From: Octopus bimaculoides
Taxonomy: Eukaryota
NCBI RefSeq assembly: GCF_001194135.2
Contig: NC_068998.1
Span: 9,816,955-9,880,954, forward strand
Direction of reading: 5' to 3'
DNA: 64,000 bases
In this document: positions 52,306 to 62,481 of the stretch, piece after piece
Layout of the letters: every line of letters begins with the position of its first letter
Position numbering within the stretch: the first letter of the stretch is position 1
The notes under the pieces: model-generated
Databases searched by the model: none
What the model saw: the letters and a program-made list of their open reading frames with translations, nothing else
What the model was told of the DNA's origin: nothing
Made by a program: the position numbers and the translations under genes

Positions 52306-52997
52306 NNNNNNNNNNNNNNNNNNNNNNNNNNNNNNNNNNNNNNNNNNNNNNNNNNNNNNNNNNNNNNNNNNNNNNNNNNNNNNNNNNNNNNNNNNNNNNN
52401 NNNNNNNNNNNNNNNNNNNNNNNNNNNNNNNNNNNNNNNNNNNNNNNNNNNNNNNNNNNNNNNNNNNNNNNNNNNNNNNNNNNNNNNNNNNNNNNNNNNN
52501 NNNNNNNNNNNNNNNNNNNNNNNNNNNNNNNNNNNNNNNNNNNNNNNNNNNNNNNNNNNNNNNNNNNNNNNNNNNNNNNNNNNNNNNNNNNNNNNNNNNN
52601 NNNNNNNNNNNNNNNNNNNNNNNNNNNNNNNNNNNNNNNNNNNNNNNNNNNNNNNNNNNNNNNNNNNNNNNNNNNNNNNNNNNNNNNNNNNNNNNNNNNN
52701 NNNNNNNNNNNNNNNNNNNNNNNNNNNNNNNNNNNNNNNNNNNNNNNNNNNNNNNNNNNNNNNNNNNNNNNNNNNNNNNNNNNNNNNNNNNNNNNNNNNN
52801 NNNNNNNNNNNNNNNNNNNNNNNNNNNNNNNNNNNNNNNNNNNNNNNNNNNNNNNNNNNNNNNNNNNNNNNNNNNNNNNNNNNNNNNNNNNNNNNNNNNN
52901 NNNNNNNNNNNNNNNNNNNNNNNNNNNNNNNNNNNNNNNNNNNNNNNNNNNNNNNNNNNNNNNNNNNNNNNNNNNNNNNNNNNNNNNNNNNNNNNNN

Positions 52998-53029
<32 letters not shown>

Positions 53030-53054
53030 CTGAAGGTGTTAACAGCACCTACAT

Positions 53055-53298
53055 TGCTAGAAATAAGAGCTAAACACCCTAATGCAGCAGTCAAAGCACA
53101 TAATTGTACGCATACATGCTGACAGACCATAATTGCCCGAAAAGCACCGGCCGAGATATCCCCAGATTGATCGGTCACTTTTGGTTTTTTCGCCATACCC
53201 TTGCCCGAGAACAGCCGAGTCAGGCCAACCCCGCTGAAGAGGCATACAATTATGTGCTTTGACTGCAGTATTGAAGTGTTTAGCTCTTATTTCTAGCA
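53055..53298. mobile_element. MITE-like element, 54-bp TIRs
   Basis: 53055-53108 vs 53245-53298: 49/54 complementary. CpG-rich 136-bp interior. Confidence 0.75.
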
Positions 53299-53349
53299 TA
53301 TTTACTGTCAGTTACAGTTTTCCTTTTTGGTACACATTGCTTACTATTT

Positions 53350-53555
53350 GTCATCATCATCATCATCATCATTATCGTCGTTTGATGTCCGCTTTCCATG
53401 CTGGCATGGGTTGGACGGTTTGATTGAGGACTGGCATATGAGAAAGCTGTACCAGGCCCCAGTCTGATCTGGCAAGGTTTCTACAGCTGGATGCCCTTCC
53501 TGATGCCAACCACTCCGAGAGTGTAGTGGGCGCTTTTTACATGCCACTGGCATGT
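53350..53555 (-). mobile_element. SINE family D with (GAT)n tail, V-domain-like
   Basis: Minus strand GGTTGGCATCAGGAAGGGCATCCAGCTGTAGAAAC resembles the recalled V-SINE domain. Related bits at 43585-43720, 50145-50185 and 55813-55847. Confidence 0.7.
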
Positions 53556-54599
53556 AGTAATAATAATAATAATAATAATAATAATCCTTTTTACAATAGG
53601 CACAAAGCCTGAATTTTTTTTTTTGGCNNNNNNNNNNNNNNNNNNNNNNNTGCCAGTTGATTAGATTGACCCCAGTGGAATTTGAACTCAGAACGAAGTG
53701 ACAGGCAAAATATTGCTAAGCATATTGCCCGGGATGCTAATGATTCTGCCAACTCACCGCCTTAATAATGATGATGGTGGTGGTGGTGGTGATGATAATG
53801 ATGATGGATGATGATGATGATGACGACGACGACGATGATAAGAAGAAGAAGTAGTGGTATTAGTAGTAGTAGTTGTAGTAGTTGTAGTAGTAGTAGTAAT
53901 AGTATACTAAAATCAGAAACAGGACAAAAAGAAACATACTCCGAAAAAAAAAAGAAAAGGAAAATAAAATGCTGACATGTCATAATTTCATTTCTCTTCC
54001 TTCTCATCTTGAATTTTTGTTGCATGTTCTAAAAAAAGACAAAAAAGAAAGATGTTATTTTAAATTCTGTTTTCTTAGTCCTCCACACCCAAACACACAC
54101 ACACATGTGTATGTAGATGCTTCTTTTTCTTTAATCTTCCATTAAATCTGTCTGACTCTGTTTTTTTATGTCCTGATTTTTTTTTTTGTTTTCTTGTCAT
54201 TCCAGACTGTGAGAAACATCCCATCCATATATATACATAAATATAAAAAGGAAGGGAATTTACTGCCCTTTCCTATGGATTGTCTTTGGATGTCTTACCC
54301 TGATTATTGTCCCTTACTTCTATGGTAAGTACTGTCATATTAATTAATCACCCTTCTTCTTTACCCTATTTTTCTTCTTTTCCTCCTTTTCCTGTTTTTC
54401 ACTTTAGTCCACCCCAGGCTGTCTCACACTTGTTCCATCTGTCAATTGTACTTCTAGGCTACAAAGGTTTCCCATGATATTATTATTATTATTATTATTG
54501 AGTGAGAGAGCAGGGCATGCCATCAAAGTGACACTGGGGTACAAATATACGAAGCCCATTATACCTGCCCGTGATGGGTTTAATCAAATAAATTGCCCC

Positions 54600-55147
54600 C
54601 ATTGTTTCTTTGTTTTGAAGTCTGGTACTTACTCTATCAGTCTCTTTCTGCTGGACTTCTAAGTCACCAGGACTTATATAAACCAACATCAGTTTTCAAG
54701 TGGTGGTGGGGGACAATACAAACACGCACCCCCTCCTCCCCACACACACACAGCAGGCCATTTTTCAGTTTCGACCTACGAAATGTGCTCAGAAGGCTTT
54801 GGTCAGTTCGGTGCTATAGTTTAAGGCAGTTGCCCAACATGCCATGCAGTGGGACTGAACCTAGAACCATGTGGTTGGGAAGCAAACTTACCACATAGCC
54901 ACACCTGTGCCCATATAGCCATGCTTTTAACAGTTTTTGTTTACTCTTTTACTTGTTTCAGTCATTTTGACTGTGGCCATGCTGGAGCACCGCCTTTAGT
55001 CGAGCAAATCGACCCCAGGACTTATTCTTTGTAAGCCTAGTACTTATTCTATCGGTCTTTTTTGCCGAACCGCTAAGTTACGGGGACGTAAACACACCAG
55101 CATCGGTTGTCAAGCGATGTTGGGGGGACAAATACAGACACACAAAC

Positions 55148-55196
<49 letters not shown>

Positions 55197-55355
55197 NNNN
55201 NNNNNNNNNNNNNNNNNNNNNNNNNNNNNNNNNNNNNNNNNNNNNNNNNNNNNNNNNNNNNNNNNNNNNNNNNNNNNNNNNNAAGGTGCTACGCAGTGGG
55301 ACTGAACCCGGAACCATGTGGTTGGTAAGCAAGCTACTTACCACACAGCCACTCC
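54600..55355 (-). mobile_element. Two tandem family A copies (old 54600-54910; young 54945-55355 with gap)
   Basis: Reverse-complement match to family A. Confidence 0.88.
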
Positions 55356-55947
55356 TTTAAAAATTTTTTCATATGAATGGCATGAGCAGTTTTTTTATTT
55401 CATCTTCAGTATGGGTTTTCTGTGACAACTATAATGGACTTCGTTCCTCAGAGCTAGCTGGTCTTACACCACCACCACCATCACTCTGTCCCTCAATCCT
55501 GCAATACCCTTTATGTCCAAACCTTTCCTCACAAGAGTTTCATCCCTCTGGAATCTTCTCTCTGCTCTCATGTCTTTCCAGCAGGTTTTGACCCACAACA
55601 GGTTGAATGGGACATTAATGGTGTCAAACTCACAAGTCTCGGCTGGTCTGTAAAGGTCTGAGAGCTGTGCTCTTTGTGCTAAACTTTATAAGTAAAAAAA
55701 AAAAATTTTTAAGAAATTCAATTTTCCTTCACCAGAGTCATCTAGAGTTGCCTCCCATTAATCAACTCTCCACTTCCTTTCTCTCTCTCTCTCTCTCAAA
55801 AATGTCACAACCATCATCATCATCATCATCATCATCGTTTAATGTCCATGGTGGTGGTGGTGGTGGTGGTGATCATGACTACAAGGACAGTGGTGGCAGT
55901 GGTTGATGGTGGTGGTTATGATAGTAGTGGTGGTGGTGGTGATAGTT

Positions 55948-55981
<34 letters not shown>

Positions 55982-56104
55982 CAGTAGTACAACTACAATT
56001 TTAATTTTTATGCTCTTCAATACTGTTCATTATTCAATAATACATGAAGCTGTTCCTGTAAAAGGAAGACCTAAAATGTAGTCAAATTTAGCCCAAATTC
56101 CGTA

Positions 56105-56321
56105 ATGATGGGACGCTAAAAAGTTCCTGGCTTTAAGGGTTTCGCGAAAGGCCTGGTTGGAGGCTCAACCTTCCGAGTTCTTTTACAGGGATTAAAAAAC
56201 TGAAGGACAGCTGCAATAAGTGTGTGAATCGGAGAGAGGAACATGTTGGATAAAATCATAATTAATTGATCCTCCTGTATTTTATTTTACACAAAGTTGA
56301 GAACTTTTCAGCACCCACTCA
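56105..56321 (+). mobile_element. Tc1/mariner-derived MITE
   Basis: Flanked by TA. Imperfect ~30-bp TIRs (GATGGGACGCTAAAAAGTTCCTGGCTTT / AAAGTTGAGAACTTTTCAGCACCCACTCA). Interior encodes a transposase C-terminal remnant LQGLKKLKDSCNKCVNRREEHVG*. Confidence 0.75.
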
Positions 56322-56509
56322 TACCTGCCGAGACTACATTGTCCAGTGTGTCCTTTCTTTAAAACAGATTAGGGTGCATGTACGCATATAACGATAGCTA
56401 TTTCACATCTAAGTTGCTGGTTAAGATTTATCCGAAGTGGTGTTTGGGGGCGGGGGTCACAGCAAACTCTGTGGCTGTTCAAATGTTTATGTTGTTTTAA
56501 AAAAAGGGT

Positions 56510-56860
56510 ACTCTTTTATTCTTTTACTTGTTTCAGTCATTTGACTGCAGCCATGCTGGAGCAAATCTTTGGATGCCTAGTACTTATTCTCTCAGTCTCC
56601 CTTGCCGAACTGCTAATGTTACGGGACATAAACACACCAGCTTCGGTTGTCAAGCAATGGTGGGGCGAACAAACACAGACACACAAACATATACACACAC
56701 ACATATATACATATACATATATACGACGGGCTTCTCTCAGTTTCCGTCTACCAAATCCACTCACAAGGCTTTGGTTGGCCCGAGGCTATAGTAGAAGACA
56801 CTTGCTCAAGGTGCCACACAGTGGGAATGAACCCGAAACCATGTGGGTGGTAAGCAAGCT
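56510..56860 (-). mobile_element. SINE family A
   Basis: Reverse-complement match, tail to head. Confidence 0.9.
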
Positions 56861-57549
56861 TAATTTTTTTTTTTTTTTTTGTGGTTTGCAGTACAGATAT
56901 GTATGAGATGACACTGTTGTTGTATTTTATTTTATTACGATGACAATATTATGGTACTGCAGTTTCGGATGNNNNNNNNNNNNNNNNNNNNNNNNNNNNN
57001 NNNNNNNNNNNNNNNNNNNNNNNNNNNNNNNNNNNNNNNNNNNNNNNNNNNNNNNNNNNNNNNNNNNNNNNNNNNNNNNNNNNNNNNNNNNNNNNNNNNN
57101 NNNNNNNNNNNNNNNNNNNNNNNNNNNNNNNNNNNNNNNNNNNNNNNNNNNNNNNNNNNNNNNNNNNNNNNNNNNNNNNNNNNNNNNNNNNNNNNNNNNN
57201 NNNNNNNNNNNNNNNNNNNNNNNNNNNNNNNNNNNNNNNNNNNNNNNNNNNNNNNNNNNNNNNNNNNNNNNNNNNNNNNNNNNNNNNNNNNNNNNNNNNN
57301 NNNNNNNNNNNNNNNNNNNNNNNNNNNNNNNNNNNNNNNNNNNNNNNNNNNNNNNNNNNNNNNNNNNNNNNNNNNNNNNNNNNNNNNNNNNNNNNNNNNN
57401 NNNNNNNNNNNNNNNNNNNNNNNNNNNNNNNNNNNNNNNNNNNNNNNNNNNNNNNNNNNNNNNNNNNNNNNNNNNNGATGTTTTAGTTATTTATGTTGTA
57501 GGCCTTGAGTGATATAGTTGTTTTGTTTACTTAGGATAGCATGATTTTG

Positions 57550-58548
57550 TAGTTGCAATGGTGGTGACGGTGGCGCCACAGATAATGGTGGTGGTGGTGG
57601 TGAGGACGGAGGGAAGGGTGATTGACATTTTTTTTTTTTTTAGTGATGTAAAAAAAAAAAAAAAGAAGCAGTGGTGCTGGATGTGGTGGTGGCGACGATG
57701 GTGGAGTGATCAGAAGATCATGGTGATGTTAAGGTTGTGTTTATAGTTTCTGCCATGATGGCATGATTTTATTGGCTGTTGCTGTTGTTGTTATGGTGGT
57801 GATGGTGGTGGTGGTAGTAGTATTAGTGGAGGTGGTGGAGGTAATGAGGATTATAGTGGTGTCGGTGGTGGTAGTACCAAAAGTATTGGTGGTGGCGGCA
57901 GTAGTAGTAGTAGTTGTAGTTGTTGTGCTGGTGGTGGTGGCAGTAGTAGTAGTAGCGGTGGTGGGGAGTGGGGGTCATGTTATTGTTATGATAGGGATAG
58001 TTTATCTTTGTTATAATGGCATCATTTTGTTGATGTTGGTTGGCTGGTTTGTTGGTGGGTTGGTGGTGATGGCGTGGGGTGGGGGTTTGGATATGGTTAC
58101 TATGGAAATGCTTAGTTGTGGTGGTGGTGGTGGTGGTGCAGGGGGGGGGCAATGGAAGTCCCAGCTGATATAGGAGACATGTTTTTTTGTTAAAATGGTG
58201 GTGAGTGGTGGTGGTGGTGGTCGTGGTCTGATTGTCCATTCTTATTGCTGTTTGGTTGTAATGACAACTGTGGTGGCAGTTGTGATGATGGTGGTGGTGG
58301 TGGTGATGAAGATGATGATGATGATGATTTAGAGACATAATTTAGGAATCATTATTATCTTAAACTGTCATTGTTGTTTTATTATCATCAGCAGAGAATT
58401 GAGAGAATATATTGTTGTTGTTGCTGTTGTTGTTGGATATTCCAACTCTGGTTAAAAGTTCATTTATTTATCATATTTATATTTAGTTCATACCTTTTTC
58501 AAAATCTTTCCTCTGAGGAGGAGGAGGAGTGAGAGCTGATTAACAGGA

Positions 58549-58582
<34 letters not shown>

Positions 58583-58860
58583 GGTGGTGAGGAGTAGAAA
58601 CTAAAGGCGATGATGATGATGAGCATGGTGGTGGTGAAGAGTAATAGTGAGAGGTGACCAACAAAATAATGACAGTGGTGGTGTGGTCGTCGTTGTTGTT
58701 GGTATGGCGGTGGGGGGGGTGATTTATTTGGTTAAGGGCCACCTATCAACTCTGCTGCTCCTGCTGTTGTAGCATCAACAGCAACAATAACAACAACAGC
58801 TACCACTACTACTACCACCACCACCACCACCACCATCACCATCACAGTGATGCCCTATGA
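57550..58860. repeat. (GGT)n/(GAT)n/(TAG)n trinucleotide block
   Basis: Direct inspection. Confidence 0.95.
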
Positions 58861-59027
58861 GGATGACAAAAAAAATGTGAAGGACAACCAACCAAAAGTG
58901 CTGATGGCCCTGACAATCAGCTGAGAATTCAGCTGATTTGTACCCATTTAACCCAAGATTATAATCTATATGACTGTAACCAAACTCTCTCTTTCTCAGT
59001 TCTATATTTAAGAGATCAGGAATTATG

Positions 59028-59192
59028 TACATTATTTACATTTGACGGATATTTGTCCTCATCTTGTTTGTTGTTAACACAACGTTTCGGCTGATAGATC
59101 CTCCTGATGAAGGCTGGAGGATATATCAGCCGAAACGTTGTGTTAACAACAAACAAGATGAGGACAAATATCCGTCAAATGTAAATAATGTA
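59028..59192. mobile_element. Fold-back (77-bp arms, 11-nt loop), probably a Penelope-like terminal-repeat fragment
   Basis: Arms 59028-59104 and 59116-59192 are reverse complements with one mismatch. Contains CTGATGA..GAAAC. Confidence 0.8.
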
Positions 59193-59494
59193 AAATAAGT
59201 ACCAGTTGAATGCTGGAGTTGATTTAACTGGTTTAGTGCCTCCCCCAAACCTGCTGGCCTTGTGGTAAAATTGAAACCATTATTATTATTGAGAGAGCAG
59301 AGCATGCCATCAAGGTGACCCTGGGGTACAAATATACAAAGCCCAATATACCCATCATGACTACCCATCTGACAAGGGTACACCAGGCACATCCATCACA
59401 ACTATATGTGCATGAAGTGGTGATCTCATATCAAGATAAACAGCACATGATCTTGTTTGTGGGGCCCAGGTAGAATTATTTATTATTATTATTA

Positions 59495-59930
59495 TTTTAT
59501 GTTTGACTTTTGCTTTGCATTTGTACAAGTTAGATCCAAGTCTCACCCAGAGACCTCAAGAGATAACAAGTTAGAAGTTCATGTAGGTGTTATGCCTAGG
59601 GTACCATATATTTGGATTTGTACATAGTGTTGTTCTAGAGAATGTTTAAGAAACCATAAGAAAATTATGTGTTTGTTTTAAAATTTGAGATCATATAGAC
59701 AGTATTTTACGTAGGATATGGGCAGTTCAGCCATTTTGGGGTTTCCTGGTATCTGAGCCAGGTATCAATCAGCCCGTTTCGCTGTCATTCCCAGGGCACC
59801 TATGACAATAGGTATTGTTTTCGTCTTCAGATTCCACATTTTGCTAATTTCTATTTCAAGATCTTTATATTTGCTTAGTTTTTGGTAGGTCTTGACAGAT
59901 ACGTTTATATCGATTGGGACAGTCATATCA
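59495..59930 (-). mobile_element. Dong/R4-type LINE 3' end in (TAA)n, abutting the acceptor of MANEA coding exon 1
   Basis: Minus strand DMTVPIDINVSVKTYQKLSKYKDLEIEISKMWNLKTKTIPIVIGALG..(deletion)..TAHILRKILSI*. (TTA)n on both flanks. Confidence 0.85.
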
Positions 59931-59949
59931 ATTATTATTATTATTATTA

Positions 59950-60021
59950 TTATTTATCCTCTGCAGATATGCAACTGAAGTCAATGATGTGGTCAGCCGA
60001 TTCCAGTGAAAAAATGCTAAA
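59950..60021 (+). promoter_or_regulatory. Probable splice acceptor (AG 59965-59966) and 5' UTR part of the first coding exon
   Basis: TATTTATCCTCTGCAG immediately before the high-complexity exon sequence, implying one or more upstream non-coding exons. Confidence 0.7.
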
Positions 60022-60616
60022 ATGCTGAGGTTATCTTTACGGAAATGTGTCACCGGCGGCATATTGATATGCTTCCTGGCCGGCATACTTTTGGGGTTCC
60101 GTTTCATCACCCGGAACCCCGAGGAGGCATACAGACTGGCCGCTGGTATTGGTGACAAAAGCAACAAGAGAGGTGAAAATCTCGACTGGAAGTTTCAGGA
60201 TGAGAACTCTTTTGGCAACCATTCTGCGAGTCAGTCGAAAAATCTCATGCTGAAGAAGATGCTTGACTTCCGAGCCAAAATGCAACAAGAGAGGGTTCTG
60301 AAAGCAAAGATGCGGGCCAATCTAACGGCACATAATCACATCACGCCGGTGCCATTCGATGAAGACGGTATGAACTACAATGTCCACGTTTTCTACTACG
60401 TGTGGTATGGAAACCCTAGCTATGATGGCAAGTACTTTCACTGGAACCACCGTTTACTGCAGAACTGGAGAGAAAAGATCAGACGTAAGACCACAAGGCG
60501 CCACTTCCCGCCTTTAGATATTGCCTCTAATTATTACCCCGAGTTGGGACCTTACAGCTCTTCAAACTCTGAGGTATTGTCCATTCACATGCAGCAAATA
60601 AAAGACGCTAAAGTAG
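60022..60616 (+). CDS. MANEA: Glycoprotein endo-alpha-1,2-mannosidase (GH99), coding exon 1 (198 codons + 1 nt)
   Basis: ATG at 60022 with an in-frame TGA upstream (60007-60009). Short basic N-terminus, hydrophobic anchor GGILICFLAGILLGFRFI, stem, then GH99 motifs HVFYYVWYGNP and IASNYYPELGPYSS. Ends at G|GTGAGT donor (60617), phase 1. Confidence 0.95.
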
Positions 60617-60930
60617 GTGAGTATTTCTTTGTTCTTTGTCTATTTTCTTTTTTTCTTCTTATTCTCTTTTTGTACACACAGACATACACACCTCTTTTCT
60701 TTCTTTCACTCTCTGTCTCTCGGGGACACTGTCAGTAAGGTGAGGGTTGATCTAATCAACTGGGCCCCTTCCCCAAAATTTGGGGCTTTGTGCCTAGAGT
60801 AGAAAGGATTCTTTCTGTGAACCTGTTTGTCCATCCACCTACCTACCTACCTACCCATCCACCCATCTGCCTACCCGCCTATCAACCTACCAAGCTCCCT
60901 TTATTTTTCTCTCTGTCTCTCTTCTGCTAG

Positions 60931-61040
60931 GCTGTATTGCAGTTTCATGGTACCCTCCAGGACTTGCTGATGACGAAGGCCAACCACCCGACAGACTGAT
61001 GCCCAAACTATTTCATTCTGCTTCGAAATTTAATCTGAAA
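60931..61040 (+). CDS. MANEA: MANEA coding exon 2 (110 nt)
   Basis: Pyrimidine tract ending CTAG (60927-60930) and GTAAGT donor at 61041. With the phase-1 G it reads GCIAVSWYPPGLADDEGQPPDRLMPKLFHSASKFNLK, matching the GH99 SWYP region. 1+110 nt = 37 codons. Not visible as an ORF in the track. Confidence 0.95.
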
Positions 61041-61356
61041 GTAAGTAAATGCGAAATTGTTTTCCGTCAAAACATTCAACGAAATATAAGATAAATTAAC
61101 AGTAACAACAAACCAATGAGGGAGTCTCGATTAGGTTGCCCGATTTGCTACAAATAACAGCCAACTTCCCTCAAAGTACATCCTGCCATAAAGAAATGGC
61201 ATATTAACAATTTTCCTTACCATATCTCTGTGTCTTTCAACTGATGATATCGATCATCATTAATTAATATTGAAAATAACAAAGTATTTAGTAAAATAAT
61301 TTTGACGTTATTAAGGTGGTGTTTGGAACATAAATTTATACAAAATTTTGATGGAA

Positions 61357-61527
61357 GGCGCAGGAGTGGCTGTGTGGTAAGTAGCTTGCTTACCAACCGC
61401 ATGGTTCCAGGTTCATTCCCACTGTGTGGTATCTTGGGCAAGTGTCTTCTACTATAACCTCGGGCTGACCAAAGCCTTGTGAGTGGATTTGGTAGACGGA
61501 AACTGAAAGAAGCCCATCGTATATATG

Positions 61528-61558
<31 letters not shown>

Positions 61559-61768
61559 GTGGTTGTTTGTGTGTCTGTTTATCCCCCCAACATCGCTTGA
61601 CAACCGATGCTGGTGTGTTTACGTCCCCGTAACATAGCGGTTCGGCAAAACAGACCAATAGAATAAGTACTAGGCTTACAGAGAATAAGTCCTGGGGTCG
61701 ATTTGCTCAACTAAAAGGCGGTGCTCCAGCATGGCCACAGTCAAATGACTGAAACAAGTAAAAGAGTT
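61357..61768 (+). mobile_element. SINE family A, full-length, in MANEA coding intron 2
   Basis: Colinear with 8932-9316; several CpG changed to TpG/CpA. Confidence 0.92.
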
Positions 61769-62481
61769 TTAAGGTTTTAATGAACCATTGCATTGAACTA
61801 GGCAGATGCATGCCTCAAAAAGATGGGATGGTCACAGCAACCGACCTGAAACGAAAGAACAACGACGACTGCTGCTGATAGAGGTCTCTGATCATTACTA
61901 GTATAATAAAAAGTACCAAAAAAAAAATGCTATTTAAAAATAAACAATTAAGGCTGTTGCAAAGCACAAAGGGGAGGTAATCAACCACGCTTTCTATAAA
62001 TAAAGCGGACTTGTTAGGAAAAGAATAACACATTCCTCATTTGCAGAAAATGGGTATTTTTTAATGAAATCCTCTACAAATACCTAGCCCTCTCCCTCAA
62101 AATGTCAAGCCCTTTCCTTATTGTAGAAAGGATTTTATATACGTATGTGTATGTATGTTTTTGCACGTGTGTGTGTGTGTGTGTGTGTGTGTACATATAT
62201 ACATGCACATAGAATGGGCTTCCTTACAGATACCACTTACCAAATTCACTAACAAAGCATCGTCCATCCAAAGCTACAGTAAAAGGCACTTAACAAAGGT
62301 ACTCTACAGTAGGATTAACTCCAAACCCATGAGATCACAAGGCGGAGTTCTTAATCAAACAACCATGCCCGTAGGTATGTAAAAATTATTAAAAAAAATA
62401 AATGATATTCTGTTGTAATTGAATAAAGACAAATGAAATTATGTGCCATTCAAATTACATTTTTCTTTTTAATTTCTTCAG

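Noticed and set aside
57763-58338. Val-rich and His-rich ORFs
   Set aside because: Trinucleotide low-complexity artefacts.
60617-60738. Hydrophobic C-terminus EYFFVLCLFSFFLLILFLY of the 238-aa ORF
   Set aside because: Read-through into intron 1 past the GTGAGT donor. A truncated two-TM isoform has no support.
4950-61770. Dispersed repeats with variable spacers as a CRISPR-like array
   Set aside because: Repeats are 100-400 bp, irregularly spaced, on both strands, with Pol III boxes; no cas genes.
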